Positions 12,121-26,018 of a DNA stretch of 64,000 nt are shown here, one piece after another. The translations under genes were made by a program, and so were the position numbers. How positions within the stretch are numbered: position 1 is the stretch's first letter; each line of letters starts with the position of its first letter. The stretch is from Basidiobolus meristosporus CBS 931.73 (taxonomy: Eukaryota > Fungi > Basidiobolomycota), in contig MCFE01000038.1 of NCBI GenBank assembly GCA_002104905.1, positions 62,001 to 126,000 on the forward strand, in the 5' to 3' direction. The notes under the pieces are model-generated. The model was not told where the DNA came from, did not search any database, and saw nothing but the letters and a program-made list of their open reading frames with translations.

Positions 12121-14127
12121 CTACAGCTAGTTCTGTATAATGCTACTGTACCAATTTACCAAGTGGTATTTCCTTTTTCTACCTCCCCTTGTGTAATTCA
12201 TATATTCCATTATAAAATCACCCTGCTTAATTTGCTTGCCCACCACTACCTTTGGTACTCCACATATAGTTCAAATCCAAACAATACATGGCCTCCTGCT
12301 TACTAACCTCTATTAACATGCACACCTGCTGCAAGTTACATACAACTATCACCTCAACTCTACAGCTTTTTAGTGTGATACTTGCAAAGTTGCCATATAC
12401 CATGCACTGCTGGTAGCATATATATCTTGCAAACATGTGTTTGGTTGCTGCCACTTCTGACATGTATACTGCCTGAGTATCCACAAAGAACTTCATGGTA
12501 TTCAGTCAATATATTCCTTCTCCCTGCTGGATATTAGTCTCCCATATAGGTGCACTCTGGCTCTTGTTTGTGTGAATTCTGTATTGAATGGTGTAGAAGT
12601 TGGCTTGTGATCCAGAGAAGTTCAGTATGTTTTGTTAGGGCTTTTGTGATAAAAATTAGTTGCTTCTTGCACCCAACCCCACTTTGCATTATGTAATTGA
12701 TTACCAACACATTGGGGCTGCTTAGCTTCTTAGTTCATAGGCATAGGTGTCTACATGTGTACATCAGGCCTTAATATGTTTCAGCTCTTCCTGGCTGTCC
12801 TCCATGTGCCAACTCATCACATCCACCACAAACATGAAGGCACTAGTACCTGTAACTTTACTAGTCTTCCTATCTCCCCACAAATCTGCTCCATAGGAAA
12901 CTCTCACAAGGTGAAGCAAGGCCCAATATTCTGCACAAACCAAGTAAGATGGAGTAGAGATGAATACAGAAGTGGCAGAGATCTACATGTTCAGCTCTAT
13001 GTCGGTAGTATAGCTGCTCAAATCCTGTTACAAACTCCTTGCACTACAGCTTTAAATGTGTCAAGTTGGCATTGGTGATCCACTTCAGGATAAATATTCC
13101 TATAATGTCCACATATGACTCCCAATGCTTCCAATGTACTCTTGGTAGGAATGGCTTCAGAATAGCACTTTAATAAATACATATCCTGCTCATCTAGTCC
13201 TTGCATTTGCAATCTTGTATATGCATATAAATGTTGATTGGAGCCTGTGAGAAGTACTTAGGGTAGCAGAAACTCTGTAATATCTTTCCAAATCTTTCAA
13301 ATTTCTCTGCAATCTCAAAGGGCTAGTTTATCTTGAAATGCTTGTATACAACTTAATCATCAGTATTGGGATATCAATGAAAAGCAAATGCACTGTTCCC
13401 AGTAGGAAGCTTTTGCACTGACAGATACCCTGTATCATGAGTATCTCCAGTTTTCAATTGATTCCATATTCAGGCCAATGGATCATAGCTTGCCAGCTTT
13501 GATGCAATTGCAGGCTGACTTTGGTACATTCCTTCTGTAGAAAGAGGATATTCTTAGTTTTGGTTTTGGGTAATAATAACTTGCATGTGTTATGGAATAA
13601 ATCCCCTGGATCTCACACATTCAGCAGCAATACTGTTCATTTTGCCAAGAAAAGCTGGCCATCCTGCTGAAAGCTGGGGTATCTCTAATGCAGATAATCA
13701 TAGGTGCTCTGTTACAAAGGCCATTTAGTAGTTTTCTACTGTAAGGGATACTAAATTCATCCAGCAATGGATACAGGTAGCTATCCAGGTTGGATGGTGA
13801 TTTGGCCTAGGTGCCAGTGAGACTACCAGCAAACTTCTATGCTGATACCATAAGATAGGTAGCATATACAGGTTAATGGAATCATTGGCCAGCAAGATTT
13901 GCTGGCTGAGTACCTGTTTACTAAAAATCGATCAAGTGCAAGGCAAAAGCACGCTAATATATACCTTCAAAGTAACCCTTGCTTCTTAGCTGTTTGTAAT
14001 GCTTGCCAACTAATACATTGGATATGTTTGTGCTTGTTTGAGACTGAGTGCAGTACTTTATAGCTTCACAATTTTTGTTGGGCAGCATAAGCTTCATTAG
14101 ACAGTATATTAATGGTATATAAGCAGA
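12121..14127 (-). pseudogene. CACTA/EnSpm (Transposase_21/tnp2-type) transposase pseudogene, main part
   Basis: Motifs GKHYKQLRSKGYF...ALALD, LDSYLYPLLDEF, RDTPA, MCEIQG, and a C-terminal part colinear with the FPME-containing ORF at 28827-29537. Many stops. The N-terminal CVNSCMAFT...CP motif lies at 17899-18143, beyond the PHIS insertion. Confidence 0.85.
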
Positions 14128-14458
14128 AGACTTGTTCCATTGTACTGTGCCAGGGCATGTGGCGCAATCTGCGGTTGTAAAGAACAATTGGGCGCAATAT
14201 TATAGCTACCAGAAGGCAGAATTATTCTTGGACAGTTTTGCACTATGTGGGACAATCTTGCACACAATGGCACAATCTGACACAATGAGGTTGGCACAGA
14301 TGATTGCGCCAACTTGTAATGTTTGTATCATGTGGGCAATTGGATACCGCTATTATGGCAGGTATAATCCAGTATTTGGATATGTTTCTTTAATGTAAAT
14401 GGAAATAAATGTGTATCACAATATAAACTACACTGATACTTACCATTTTGGTTACCAT

Positions 14459-14826
14459 TGTTATGATCTGCCGCTTGAATGTTTAAGTTAGATCAGTTTT
14501 TAGTCAAATCAATTAGTATATGTTTAGGTTATCAGTATATCAGTATTATCTATCAAATCAGTAGCATTAGTAAGCAAATGAATCAGCAGATCCTTATCAG
14601 ACAGAAATAGATATATTAAGTAGGATCTTATTGGGTGATGATGATACAATCAAATGAGTAATCAGCCACAACCTACATTAGGAAATACAATTAGCCAGCA
14701 ATTGATCTGGCAAAATGTATATAAGGAGCTACTGGAACCTCAATAAAAATCAGTTCAAGTTTTAGTGAATATAATACTAGCTAAACTCCCTATTCCTCTA
14801 CAACTCTTATACCAAGACTTGTAACA
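14459..14826 (+). repeat. Solo LTR, 368 bp, 4-bp TSD CCAT, nested inside the PHIS element
   Basis: TGTTATG...GTAACA, with CCAT at 14455-14458 and 14827-14830. Contains TATA-like GTATATAAG and AATAAA. Near-identical to 9997-10364. Confidence 0.9.
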
Positions 14827-15242
14827 CCATCACTCCAATTGGACGGTATCTCAGTGGTTAATTGGTCCAAAAGTATCCTGAAGCTGGCAGCCCCCAATAT
14901 GCTCATTGACTACTAAGCAAGCTACCTGATTTGCCATCAAATATCCCATTTTGCCCATTGAGCAAGTAAATCCCTGATCCTAGTGATTGGACAAGGTGTC
15001 ATAGCTAGCATGCAAGGAATTGGGTAGGTGCAAAACAGATCCAATAGCTGCACTGGTATTACAGATGATGTATATATATGCAGGGTATTTATTTATAGGG
15101 GTTCTGTCTCAAATGTGAGACAACCTTGATATTACTTATATCAAAAATTTGATGATCACTGATTTGCAATGGCTCAATTTGGATTGCAAAAAAAATGGGT
15201 TGTTGGGATCATTACAAATAATAGTGATTCAAAGCAATTGCA

Positions 15243-16475
15243 TCATCTTCTCCTGGGTTTTTTTCTCACAGGGATTACTACTGAAGTATTTGGTAGTGAC
15301 TCACTTTGCACACCTATACTACTTCCTGGCTGACTATCATCTTGGCTACTTGTGTACTTGTAGTCAGTATTTTGCCTCCTAGTTGGTGGGTGCAATGCTG
15401 CAGCTTGGCCACGCTGAATTGCTCCAACTGAACCAACTGAACCAGCCTGGAGTGCCATGTACTGACGCGTTCTTTTACTTGCCAAGGGCTCTGGTGGTTG
15501 ATGCAGTTCATGTTGGTCATCATCAGTCAGTTCACCAGAAGTAACTTGCTGATGGTCAGGCAAAACGGTATGCGCAGGCACAACTTGAAGCGTTGAGATG
15601 GCCCTTGGCTGAGTTCAATGTGATGCTGCATGGTGATGCAACTTTGTCTGCTCCAATGGACTTGTGTCTAAATGAGCAGTTTGGCAAGTTCTGGTAGTTT
15701 TGCTCTGAAGCATGTGCATTGACTCAATGCGGGGTGTTCTGGTAAAGGGTGTTGGTGTGGTCTGGACTGACGTGTGCCAGCACTCTGTGGTTGCAAGAGA
15801 TGGTAAGGAATCCAGCAAAGCATGCTGGTGTAATCTGGACAATGTTGCTTGCAGTCTGTATTCTTCCTCCTGAAGCTCACCATCTGATTCCTCAAGGTAT
15901 TCACTTACCCTCTGTCTGATACTTTGGAGCTGTTGCTTGGATGAGTCCTGTATATATTGCTCTCAGAATCCACTTGGCTCTACTAATATATCATGTAGTA
16001 CATTAGTCACTTGAGGCAAAAACTCATTCAAAATCTCTTTGGTTCCCAAAGTTGAGGCACAAACGGATGCGTCCAGCCTGTACTGTGCAAATTGCACGCA
16101 AAATTGATCCCACATGGCTTCTTCATCAAGTCCCCTCACTCTCAGCTCATTCTTGATTTCAATGCTTGTCTTGTTATATATCTTCTTACATACATTGGCT
16201 GGCATCTTGATGTAGAACTCATACCACAGCTTTCTACACATATTCTTCCATCTTTGTCAACTCTCTGAGGTATCTAGTTCTGCTAGATTAATCAGTCGTG
16301 CCCAAATATCTGTATGAAGGGTTGTGATAGACACTTGGGCCATACTAAAATCATTTGGCAAGAACTTGAACAGACCTGATGTTGACTTTTTTGGTCCAGA
16401 CCGTGCTTGTGAGCTGGGGGATGGGTTTTGTCTGGGTTGTACTAAAGATGAGTGGAGACTTGGTATGGGGACCAT
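15243..16475 (-). pseudogene. PHIS ORF2, probable Myb/SANT (MADF-like) DNA-binding protein, ~410 codons
   Basis: Four listed ORFs (16475, 16241, 15842, 15581) share one frame, separated by three TGA stops (16257, 15963, 15615). Motif IWARL...ES[R]QRWKNMCRKLWYEF fits W..I...RWKN.R..Y. C-terminal RKKPRRR resembles an NLS. Confidence 0.7.
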
Positions 16476-16713
16476 AGGAACAGATTTGGATACTTATACA
16501 GCAGTATATTGGCATCAACCTGGTCTTATATGAAATATATATGAAAACTAATGTGATTGTTGAATTTTCCATATATAATTCATGATGGATCTTGGATGGC
16601 GTTGACACGGATCAGATCACATCAATTGCAGATTTCCTATTTGATTATAGACCTATGAGTAAAGCATCAATAAAAGTACCAAGGCATTGTTTGCAGATGA
16701 TTTTTGCAACATA

Positions 16714-17694
16714 ATGATGGGATATATGGTAACTGATGGAGATTTAATCATAATGCATTAAAATCAGATAAATAACGTAGATTGCGCCAAATCAATTCAA
16801 ACCGCCTTCATACAATCATCCACCAATTTTAATAGGATTTACTCCTCTGAATGGTCTTTTCTCATCAATCCCATCACTACCATTGGATTTCCTTTTGACA
16901 CACTAGAGGAGATCTATTCTAAGTACTGTGGACCATCTACTGCAATCTACTCAAGGAGATCCCTTATTAAGCTTCTCTGCTATTGCAAGAACTATTGCCC
17001 TACAAGATTTCATCCAACCATCCATGGCAACAAAAGTCTTAGAAGCTTTCATTCCCAGCTGACAGCAATGGAGAACCACCTTGCAGAGTGTATGAATGAC
17101 TTAGAGCAAGCTTGGAATACTAGGTTGAGAAGCTCCAGTAGACTTCCATATCCCAGAGTGTTCAGCAACAAGTTCCATATTGGGAGTATTTTGGATACCT
17201 TCCCAGTGAGGATTAATAGACCTTCTAGAGGGCAGAGGCACTTTTATTCTGGCAAGTACAAGGCACACTGTGTGAAGCTTCAAGCACTGTCTGACATTGT
17301 GGGTAACATCATCTGGTTTAGTGGGCCATTTGCTGGAAGTAGGCATGACAAAGCACTCTGGGTAGAGAATCATCCTGAATTTAGAAGAGGGGAGAAATGT
17401 ATGGCAGACTTAGCCTATATAGGAGAGGATTGTCACAGATTAGGATGTATTACAACTTATAGGAAGCCAAAGAATGGTGTGCTTAGCAAGAAGCAGAAGC
17501 TCTACAATGAGATATTTAATCATTTCAGAGTGAGGGTAGAGCACACATTTGGATATCTGAAGATATTCCGCATATTGGCAAGTAAATACAGAGGAAAGTC
17601 ATATATAGGTGAAAACAGCAGAATAGGTAAAATAGTTAAGATACTTATTAAAGCACAGTATGCTCATACAAGACATACACTGAGAGAAATGTGA
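16714..17694 (+). pseudogene. DDE_Tnp_4 (PIF/Harbinger/ISL2EU-like) transposase with one in-frame stop
   Basis: Frame open from 16762 to 17694, with a TAA at 16759 after an ATG at 16714. HTH_Tnp_4-like N-terminus (IGFPFDTLEEI...LIKLLCYCKNY). Catalytic motifs ILDTFP, GSRHD, MADLAYIG, RVRVEHTFGYLK. Confidence 0.9.
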
Positions 17695-18143
17695 CTGGAG
17701 CATTATGAAGAGTAAATAAAGCATGGAAAGCACTATTCTGAGCAACATAAGTAAGATTGAGTAAAATTACCAGTAACTGTATCATACCACTGGCATCATG
17801 GTAGAAATTATAGTGCAAGATAGTGCTGTAGAGTGCCAGATCAATCCAGCACTATGAACAGGCTGGCACTATGTGGCACTATCCAACTGAATAAGTCTAG
17901 AGTGTAAGCATTGCTTTCCTCCAGTGGTGGTGGATTCCCAATAAGTTGGACACCTTGCAATTGTGGCATTTTCTGATGTAAATGCCATGCAGCTGTTAAC
18001 ACATGCTGGTATCTGAAGAGTCACTGGACCATATGTTGCCAGCCATATGGCAGTTGTCCATATGTACCATATACATGGTAAGTTGCATCCTGGGATCATT
18101 TTGGATAAGTAATAGTGAATCCTCAGAGCCTCCATTAGTGATA

Positions 18144-21100
18144 CCCTGTGAAAAATTACGGTAATGATCCAGTCAAGAGGCCATTACAAAGTTGAAGTTC
18201 TGTGACTAAGTGGTACTGATTCTGTCAGGCCACTGCTCAGAGAACATTGAAAATTAATTGCATCCAAGATTTCACAAAAACTTAGTGAAATTTTTTCATC
18301 ACAACAATTTATAAGTAGCTTTTAACTGCTTCCCTGCCAACTTGCTCACTTTCTGATTCCTAGACACTCCATCACCTCCTATGCTTGTGTGTATTGATTG
18401 GCTATTGCCTCTTTTTCACACTCCTTACTTACTGACTCAACTGTTTTGCTTACTTTTCATGCATACAAACTGACTTATTTGCACTGAAACTTCATTTGTA
18501 CCTCAATTGCTGATTGTATTGACCTATACAGGTCCCTTTACCCTACACTAATATTAAGCCCAACCTCACACTCAACAAGTAACTCTATTAAAATCCACTA
18601 CTCAATAAGTATTTCTGCTGAAACACTCTGGTTCAACAACCTTGGAAGGAACCCAATGGCTTTATGCACTGTTCATTCACTAGTTCCCACACATCCTGGT
18701 CTTCAGCTGGCACTGCAAGGTCTATCACCTCATGTGCCAGTCTTGGCAATAGATCCTTGCATTATTCCAGTGTGTTTTCTTGAGCACTGCTCTTGAAGAA
18801 GTGGTGCAACAACTTGGTGTGCCTATCAATGTTCCTAAGTTCCATTGAAGGCATTGTGATAGTCTTTTGAGCTCTTGACACTGTAGCCTTGTCTGTCAGT
18901 GGGATCTCCACTCTGTCAACAATGGAGGATGTGAAGGCTATGGTTGACAAATGGCCTTTTTCAGCAAACTCATTAACCTTGATGGAGTGTAGCTCAGCTG
19001 GCTGCGCTTCCAACTCTTGTAAAAACAACTGTTTTCTTGCTGGTAATTCTTCTTGGCTATGATGGGATTCAGTCTGTTCCAGGCTTGCAATGTCAATTGG
19101 CAAGTACTGCAGTTTTTTTGCATGCCTCCCTGTCTCAGGCTTGGGTAGACATGTCTCCCTTTACCTTTTCCTTTATCACTACCAGGTCTTTCACTGCTAC
19201 TTTGTATAAGTGCTTCTTGTAATGAACTACATTTTCTCCTTGGTAGATTCTGCTCTGACACATCTGTTTTGGCCTGCTTGTCCCTTGCTGGCACTCTACT
19301 GGCAGCCTGATGTTTCTTTTCTGCTTGTTTTGAGCTCTCAACTGTGGTTGTGCTGGGCTCCTGTAAAAGCCGCTGGTTTTTATCACTGCCAGGTCCTTGA
19401 CTGCTACTTTGATTGAGTGCTTCTTGAGTGTTACTATGCTTTTCCTTGATAAATGTTATGCTGGTGCATCTGTGTCTGCCTGCCTGTCCCAAATTGGCAC
19501 TCTTCCAGCTGCCTGACATCTCTTTGACACTTATGCACAGAGTGAATATTCAGAAGTCAGAATATAGTTGCAGCAAAGTTGGCAAGCTATAAGCCATTGG
19601 CCGGTGTGGTGGTGTAGAGGTACTCCTGGGAGAAGCTACACAACTCAAGGTGTGTGAGGTGTCTGATGGGTGCAATAACCTCTGTGTCTAAATTGCTGGT
19701 GTCTTTGTCAATATGTCACTATGGTAAAAGCTCCTGCTTCTCTAGCTTCCCAGGTGCTCCAAGTGTCTCCAATGGCCTCTGTGTGTTTGTACACTACCCT
19801 GAAAAGCTCCTTGATGGCAGGTCTGAGATGTACTGCTGAAGGCAGATGCAGTGATCAACTGCTAATCAATAAGGTAGAAGTGTTACTGATAGAAGGGATG
19901 ATTTATTGATGAGGGATTGCTTTCCCTTAAATACTTTTCCTGATTGCCAAGTGATTACTAATGACAAGGTTCTAGAAGATTCTAGATTTCAGTGGAATTC
20001 TTGATGACATCACTATGAGCTAAAAATATGCCAAGAATGTCCTGGAAGATTCCAAAAGGCACAGTACATTCAACCAATCAGGAATCAGTAGTCTGAAGCC
20101 TGTGCAACATAGAGATACCATATTTGGTATTAAATGGTAGGGATGGTAACACAGACCTAGGTCATTTGTCACAGGTGCTGACGCAAGTACTTGCCTTATG
20201 TAGATACATATACTGATCACAAAGCTGAATAACATCTGGGATAACTAATGCTAATTACTAATCAGGGAAAACATCATATGGGGATAATACTGATAAATGG
20301 GCAAAAGAAGAATGGGATAATACTGATAAGATAGAATATGGATAAATATATCATAATGACTATATAAATAAACTTGTCTGTGGGAGGTATGTTTACCCTA
20401 CCACACCGGAATATGGAATCAATTGGAAACTGGCAATACTTAGGATACAGGGTATCTGTTAGTGCAAAAGCTTTCTACTGGGAACAGTGTGTTTGCTTTT
20501 CAACAATATCCCTAAACTGATGACTAAGCTGTATATGTGTATTTCAAGCTAAATTAGCCCTTTGAGATAACAGATAAATTTGAAAGAGTTGGCAGGATAT
20601 TACAGAGTATTGACTACCCCAAGTACTTCTCACAGGCTCCAATCAGTATTTGAAAACACATGTGACAATACAAATGAAATGCTGAATGAACTGGATATGT
20701 ATCTATTCAAGTGGTGATCTGAAGCCATTCCTACCAAGAGTACATTGGAGGCATTGGGAGTCATATGTGGACATTGTAGGAATATTTATCCTGAAGTAGA
20801 TCACCAATGCCAACTTGACACATCCACAGCTGTTGTGCAAGGAGTGTGTAACAGGATTTGAGCAACTATACTACAAACATAAAGCTGAATGCGTAGATCT
20901 TTGCTGCTACTGTATCCATCTCTAATCCATCTTACTTGGTGTGTGGAGAATATTGGGCCTTGCTCCACCTTGTGGGAGTTTCCTATGGAGCAGATGTGTG
21001 GGAAGATAGAAAAACAAGTCAAGTTGCAGGTACTACTATATCTCAATCTCATGAAGAATATTATCTTGAAGTCCATGATGAATGTGATGAGTTGGTACAC

Positions 21101-22144
21101 AGAGGACAGCCAGGAAGAGTTAGAAAATACTGAGGACAGATGTGCACATGGAGACACATATGCATATGGAAGTAAGAAGCTAAGCATCCCCAATGTGTTG
21201 GTAATCAGTTAAGTAATGCAAAGTTGGGTTGGGTGTAACAAGCAACTAATTTTTATCAGGAAAGCTCTGCCAAAGTATGCCAGGTTCTTCTTGGTCACAA
21301 GTCAACCTCCATACCATTCAGTACAGAATTCACACAAACAAGAGCCAGAGCACACCAATAAGGGGGACTAGAATCTAGCAGGGAAAAGGAAAAACTGGCT
21401 AAATACCAAGAAGTTCTTTGCTGATATTCAGGAGCTACTCATGGCAGAAGTGGCAGCAACAAAGCATATGTTTGCAAGATAAATATGTTGCCAGCAGTAC
21501 AAGGTATATGGCAACTTTGCAAGTATCACACTAAAAAGACATAAAGTTGAGGTGATAGAAGTATGCCAATAGTGGCAAGTGCACACATATAGGGAGGTTA
21601 GTAAGCAGGAGACCATAGTATTATTTGATTTGAACTAAGTGTGGAATACCCAAGGTAGTAGTGGGTAGGCAAACAAAGAGGGGCAACTCTACAGTGGAAT
21701 ATATGAGTTGCACAAGGGTAGGTAGAAAAAGGAACTACCATTTGGTAAATTGGTATGGTTGCATTGTACAGAACTAGCTATAGGCCGCAATGCTGCCATG
21801 ATAATGTCATCAGAGACTTGCAATGAGGCCATCAAGGCACTGTCAAGGTTTTTGACATATAAAGCAACTGGATTTACTGGCTGGCTAGATCCAGTTAAAA
21901 TAGTTGTAGAGTGCATAAAGACTGCAACACTCCCATGCAATTATTGTCACAGCATCAATTAAACCCTGTCAAGTTTTTTAACTTTATTTGGCTGTAACAT
22001 CAACCAAAACCATTGTAATCCCATTGTAAGATTGTTAAGAAGGTCACTAATTTCAAGCTGCTGGTATTATGATGGTCTTCAAATGGGAACCTGATGGCTG
22101 ATCTGGATTGGATCCACCTGTGGGACCAAATTATTTTCCATAGG
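18144..22144. mobile_element. CACTA/CMC-like copy 2, internally deleted, TSD ATA, inserted in the copy 1 transposase 5' region
   Basis: CCCTGTGAAAAAT at 18144 and TTATTTTCCATAGG ending at 22144. ATA at 18141-18143 and 22145-22147. Accessory gene 3' part (-) 18150-19540; transposase 3' half (+) ~20407-21783. The joined flanks read KWCVSTNISLMEALRI in the host transposase frame. Confidence 0.75.
19540..20400. repeat. Unrelated repeat remnant, possibly an LTR plus gag fragment, replacing the middle of copy 2
   Basis: CpG-poor and not homologous to the other CACTA copies. LTR-like composition 19930-20400. Ends and TSD not resolved. Confidence 0.3.
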
Positions 22145-23243
22145 ATATATTTGTGGAAACACACCACTTCTCTAGCCACAACATCACACCATTCACAAAC
22201 ACAAGGATTACTGGGCTCACTTAACTCCATACAGTATCCTTGGCATTTTTTTCAATGGGTGCTGTCTCATTGCATTTTAGGATTTTGCTGGGCTCATGCA
22301 GGTTACAGGTGTTACAGGAACCAGGCTCACAATCTAATAGTGAGTTTTCTTCTACAGAGCAATCACTATGCAAGTCATATTCAGGATGCTGAGTTGAGCT
22401 TAAAAACATCATAAACTCACCTAACTTGGTTTGAGCAAGATGATAAGTATAGCCAGGTGCAATTATAGAAGTATCCACTGGCTGGCAATATACTGCTGGT
22501 ACAGTTGGGACTGATGAATTGCCAAATATGACTTGTGTGGTAAAACACTAACTCTGATCCTTGCATTACTCCCTATGCTGGCAGCATGCTTCATAGTTGA
22601 GAGGCTTGTTACAATAGCCACATGGTCTTTTTTCTCTTCTCTTACCATGCTAAATCAAAGTGTTGTTTATTAACTATTAAAACTTAGTCAACTTTACTCC
22701 ATTAAAAAATCTAGCACCCTAACTGATTTTCCCTAACCCATACATAACTGATCCCTGATATGGTTTATTGTATTACTTCTCAGAATCTATTTATAGATGT
22801 CACACCTGGTCAATTTTCATGTTGTCATTGAATTCTCAACTGATCTACTAAGCCTTTCCAGGTGTTTAATCATCTGAGATCTATCCAACCAGTAAGCAGT
22901 TGCCAAAGCATCAGGTGATTAATGATGCAACTTTCACTTATCTTATGTGCCTATTAACATCCAAACTGACTTCAATTAGTCCAGTCTCTTGGGCTTACTA
23001 ATTTTGCGTGATCAAAAAAGTCTAAATAAAGTTTACTGAACCATTGGCTTTGTGTGTATCTTAGCAAAACTAAGCACTCAACAAATATGTTCTAGTTTCT
23101 AGCCAGGTGTAGCATATCTAGCACTCCTAAGAGCACCAAGCCTAGCTTGCATAGCAAACCAACTCTATTGCCTTCATAGCCAAACCCAGCTATATACAAT
23201 ACCAGTATTAGACCAGAACCTCTCCACTAATATTTCCACCATT

Positions 23244-23650
23244 AGACTTGTTCCATTGGATAGTGCCACATTGAGCCATGATTTCCAAATGATGCCATAG
23301 TGTGCCAGGGAGGCCAAGTGAGCCTATACTTGGCCACAGAGTGTCAAACATAGCTCTGCATCTTCATGCAAAGCTGCACCTGTGCTTCACCCATTGTGTT
23401 GGAGAAAATCCATTTTTTGACCTTTTTTTAGGTCAATATTGTACAGGATGTGTAAGTCCACAAAAGGATTGAAGATATGCAGCCGGTACTCAATACCCTT
23501 AGCACTCTGAATCTAGCTCCTGTGGCTTGTAACATGTTAGAAAAATGTATGGTACTACCTTGGTCCACTGGCACTATCTGGCACTATAAGTGCTTTGTAT
23601 AGATCTTACTTTAGGGCTAATATTTAAGTATAGTGCCAGATAGTGGCTCA
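23244..23650 (+). mobile_element. Truncated foldback MITE of the PHIS family (copy A)
   Basis: Starts AGACTTGTTCCATTGGATAGTGCC after ATT. Has one arm, the spacer and ~15 bp of the second arm, then joins accessory-gene sequence. Confidence 0.85.
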
Positions 23651-24179
23651 AAGTAAACAGTAATAGTCTAGAAACAGAATGAGCAGATAATCCATGTAGA
23701 GCAATCAATATCCCTGGTAGAGAAATCAGTATCTTAGCTGCAATGAAGGAACTAAAGTAGCTCAGTGTCACAGCTAAGAACTGTGCCATTTCACCATTTA
23801 ACAGCAGAGGAACACTGTACAGCCTTTGAAGCACAACAGCACTGTCTAAAGATAGAGCCAACAGAGATATGTCTCCCAGCATGGGAGGCAGAAGCTGTAG
23901 TGGCTATACCAAAGCCTAAATATCAAAAGACATTCAGGATCTGTGAAGCCATTCAGTGCAAAGTTGGAGAGTGGGCTAATACTCAAGAGGCTGGTAGAAG
24001 TCTAGCCCATCAACACTATATTGCTGGCATATCATGGGACCATCATGAGCTTAAGGCCAAACAGAATGTGCTTGACTTGTTCCATGAGCATCATCCTGGA
24101 TTCAATCAAGCAAACATATTTCTGGCCAGCAATGGTATGCTAAGATAGTATTTCAAGTGTGGGATAAACTATCAAAGGC

Positions 24180-24800
24180 TGAAGAACAAGGATGCAATGG
24201 CTAATAATCAGCTGATTCCTCAAGAGCCTGTTACAAGCAGGGCCAAATGCTCCAAACAAGTGTCAAGAGATATCAGGTTGCTGGAAGAGTGCCAACAAGG
24301 GACAAGCAGGCACACACAGATGCAGCAGTACAGCATTTATTAGAGAAAGAGCATAGTTCCACTAAAGAAGCACTCATTCAAAGTAGTAGTGAAGTATCTG
24401 GCCATGACAAAGCCTGCAGCTACTTCAGGCGCCTGTCACAACTTGGGCTGAGAGCTTAAGACAAGCCGGAAAGCAGCATCAGGTTGTCCATAGAGTGCCA
24501 GCAAGGGGCAAGCAGGCCAAAACAGATGCACCAGGGCAGCATTTATCAAGGAGAAAACTTAGCTCAGTACAAGGGCACTTAGTCACAGTATTGGTGTGGA
24601 ACTTGACAGTGATAAAACCTGCAGTGTTCTTGGGAGCTTGTTGCAAGCAGGGCTCAAAGTTCAAACAAGTAGCAACAACATACCAGTTTGATGGGAGTGT
24701 GCCAGCAAGGGACAAGCAAGCAAAAACAGATGCACCAGTGCAGCATTCATGAAGGAGAAAGCAAAGTACAATACAAGAAGCACTTGGGTACAGTAGCAGT
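24180..24800 (+). repeat. Tandem ~204-207-bp (about 69-codon) repeat in the CACTA accessory gene
   Basis: Anchor GTGCCARCAAGGG at ~24288, ~24495 and ~24699. Translates to VPARDKQAKTDAPVQH.... The same unit occurs near 9830-10700, 19100-19540, 26150-26600, 30480-30700 and 31900-32600. Confidence 0.85.
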
Positions 24801-25669
24801 GAAGGACTTGACAGTGGTAAAACTCACACCCTATGAAAAATTATTGAGATGATCCTGTCAAATTGCTGTTGCAAAGTTAAAGTCCTGTGACTAAGAGGTA
24901 CTGATCTTGCTGGGACACCATCCAGAGACTGTTGAAAAATAATTGTACCCAAGATTTCACAAAAAACTTGGTCAAAATTTTTCATCACAACTATGTATAA
25001 GTGGCTTTTGATTGGGTCCCTGCCAATTTGCTCACTTTCAGATCCCAGACACTCTATTGCCTCCTACATTTGTGTGAATTGATTGGTTATTGCCTCTTTT
25101 TCACACTCCTTACTTCCTGACTCAACCATTTCTCTTACATTTCATGTGTACAAAAAATTGAATTATTTCCATTGAAACTTTGGTTGTACCTCAATTGCCA
25201 ATTGTATTGACCTGTACAAGTCTCTATACCCTACACTAACATTAAGCCCAACCCCATACTCAATAAGTATTTCTGCTGTAATGCTCTGCTTCCACAACTT
25301 TGGCAGGAACCCAACAGCTTTATGCCACTGTTCATTTACTGGTTCCCACATGTCCTGGTCTTCAGCTGGCACTCCAAGGTCTAGCTCTCATCTGCCAGTC
25401 TTTGCAATAAGTCCTTGCAATATTCCAGTGCGTTTTCTGGAGCACTGCTCTTGAAGATGTGCTGCAACCTCCTGGTGTGCCTATTAATGTTCCAAAACAC
25501 CACTGAAGGCATTGTGATAGTCTTTTGAGCTCTTGACTTTGTGGCCTTGTCTTTTGGTGCAACCTCCACTCTGTCAATAATGGAGGCTGTGGAGGCTGTG
25601 GTAGACAAATTGCCTTTTTCAGCAAACTCATTTACCTTGTTGGAATGTAGCTCAACTGGCTGCGCTTCC

Positions 25670-26018
25670 TGTTGTAAAAATTTGTAATTCCACCTAAATA
25701 TTCACCTAACTTAGTCACTTAGATCATTACCCTCAAATCCTAGAGAATACTGACCAAATTCCTTGTTGGGATTTACTTAGAATATTTTCACCAAAATACC
25801 TGGTACCCAGAACATGAAAATTCTCAAAGTTGTCCAAACAGCCCCAAACTTTGCACACATGTTCTTGGGACCTTCCTTAACCTATTCTACATGTTTGTAA
25901 TGCCAAGACCATGTAAAAGTATAAATACTACTTTTGCATTCAATAAATCATTAAGTGAAAACCACATAATCTACTTGTCCTCCCAATCACTTCCAATATT
26001 TCCAAGACTCTTACAACA
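25670..26018 (+). repeat. Solo LTR of the 35516-40199 copia family, 349 bp, TSD CTTCC
   Basis: TGTTGTAA...TTACAACA, with CTTCC at 25665-25669 and 26019-26023. The empty site GCTGCGCTTCCAACTCTTGT is seen at ~19001-19020. Confidence 0.95.

Larger units (their letters stand above)
14128..17898. mobile_element. PIF/Harbinger-type (PHIS) DNA transposon, 3771 bp, two divergent ORFs, 3-bp TSD AGA
   Basis: Left end AGACTTGTTCCATTG; right end reverse complement AGACTTATTCAGTTGGATAGTGCCA. AGA at 14125-14127 and 17899-17901. Excision restores the host transposase frame (GGKQCLHS-AYIPLI). Confidence 0.9.
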
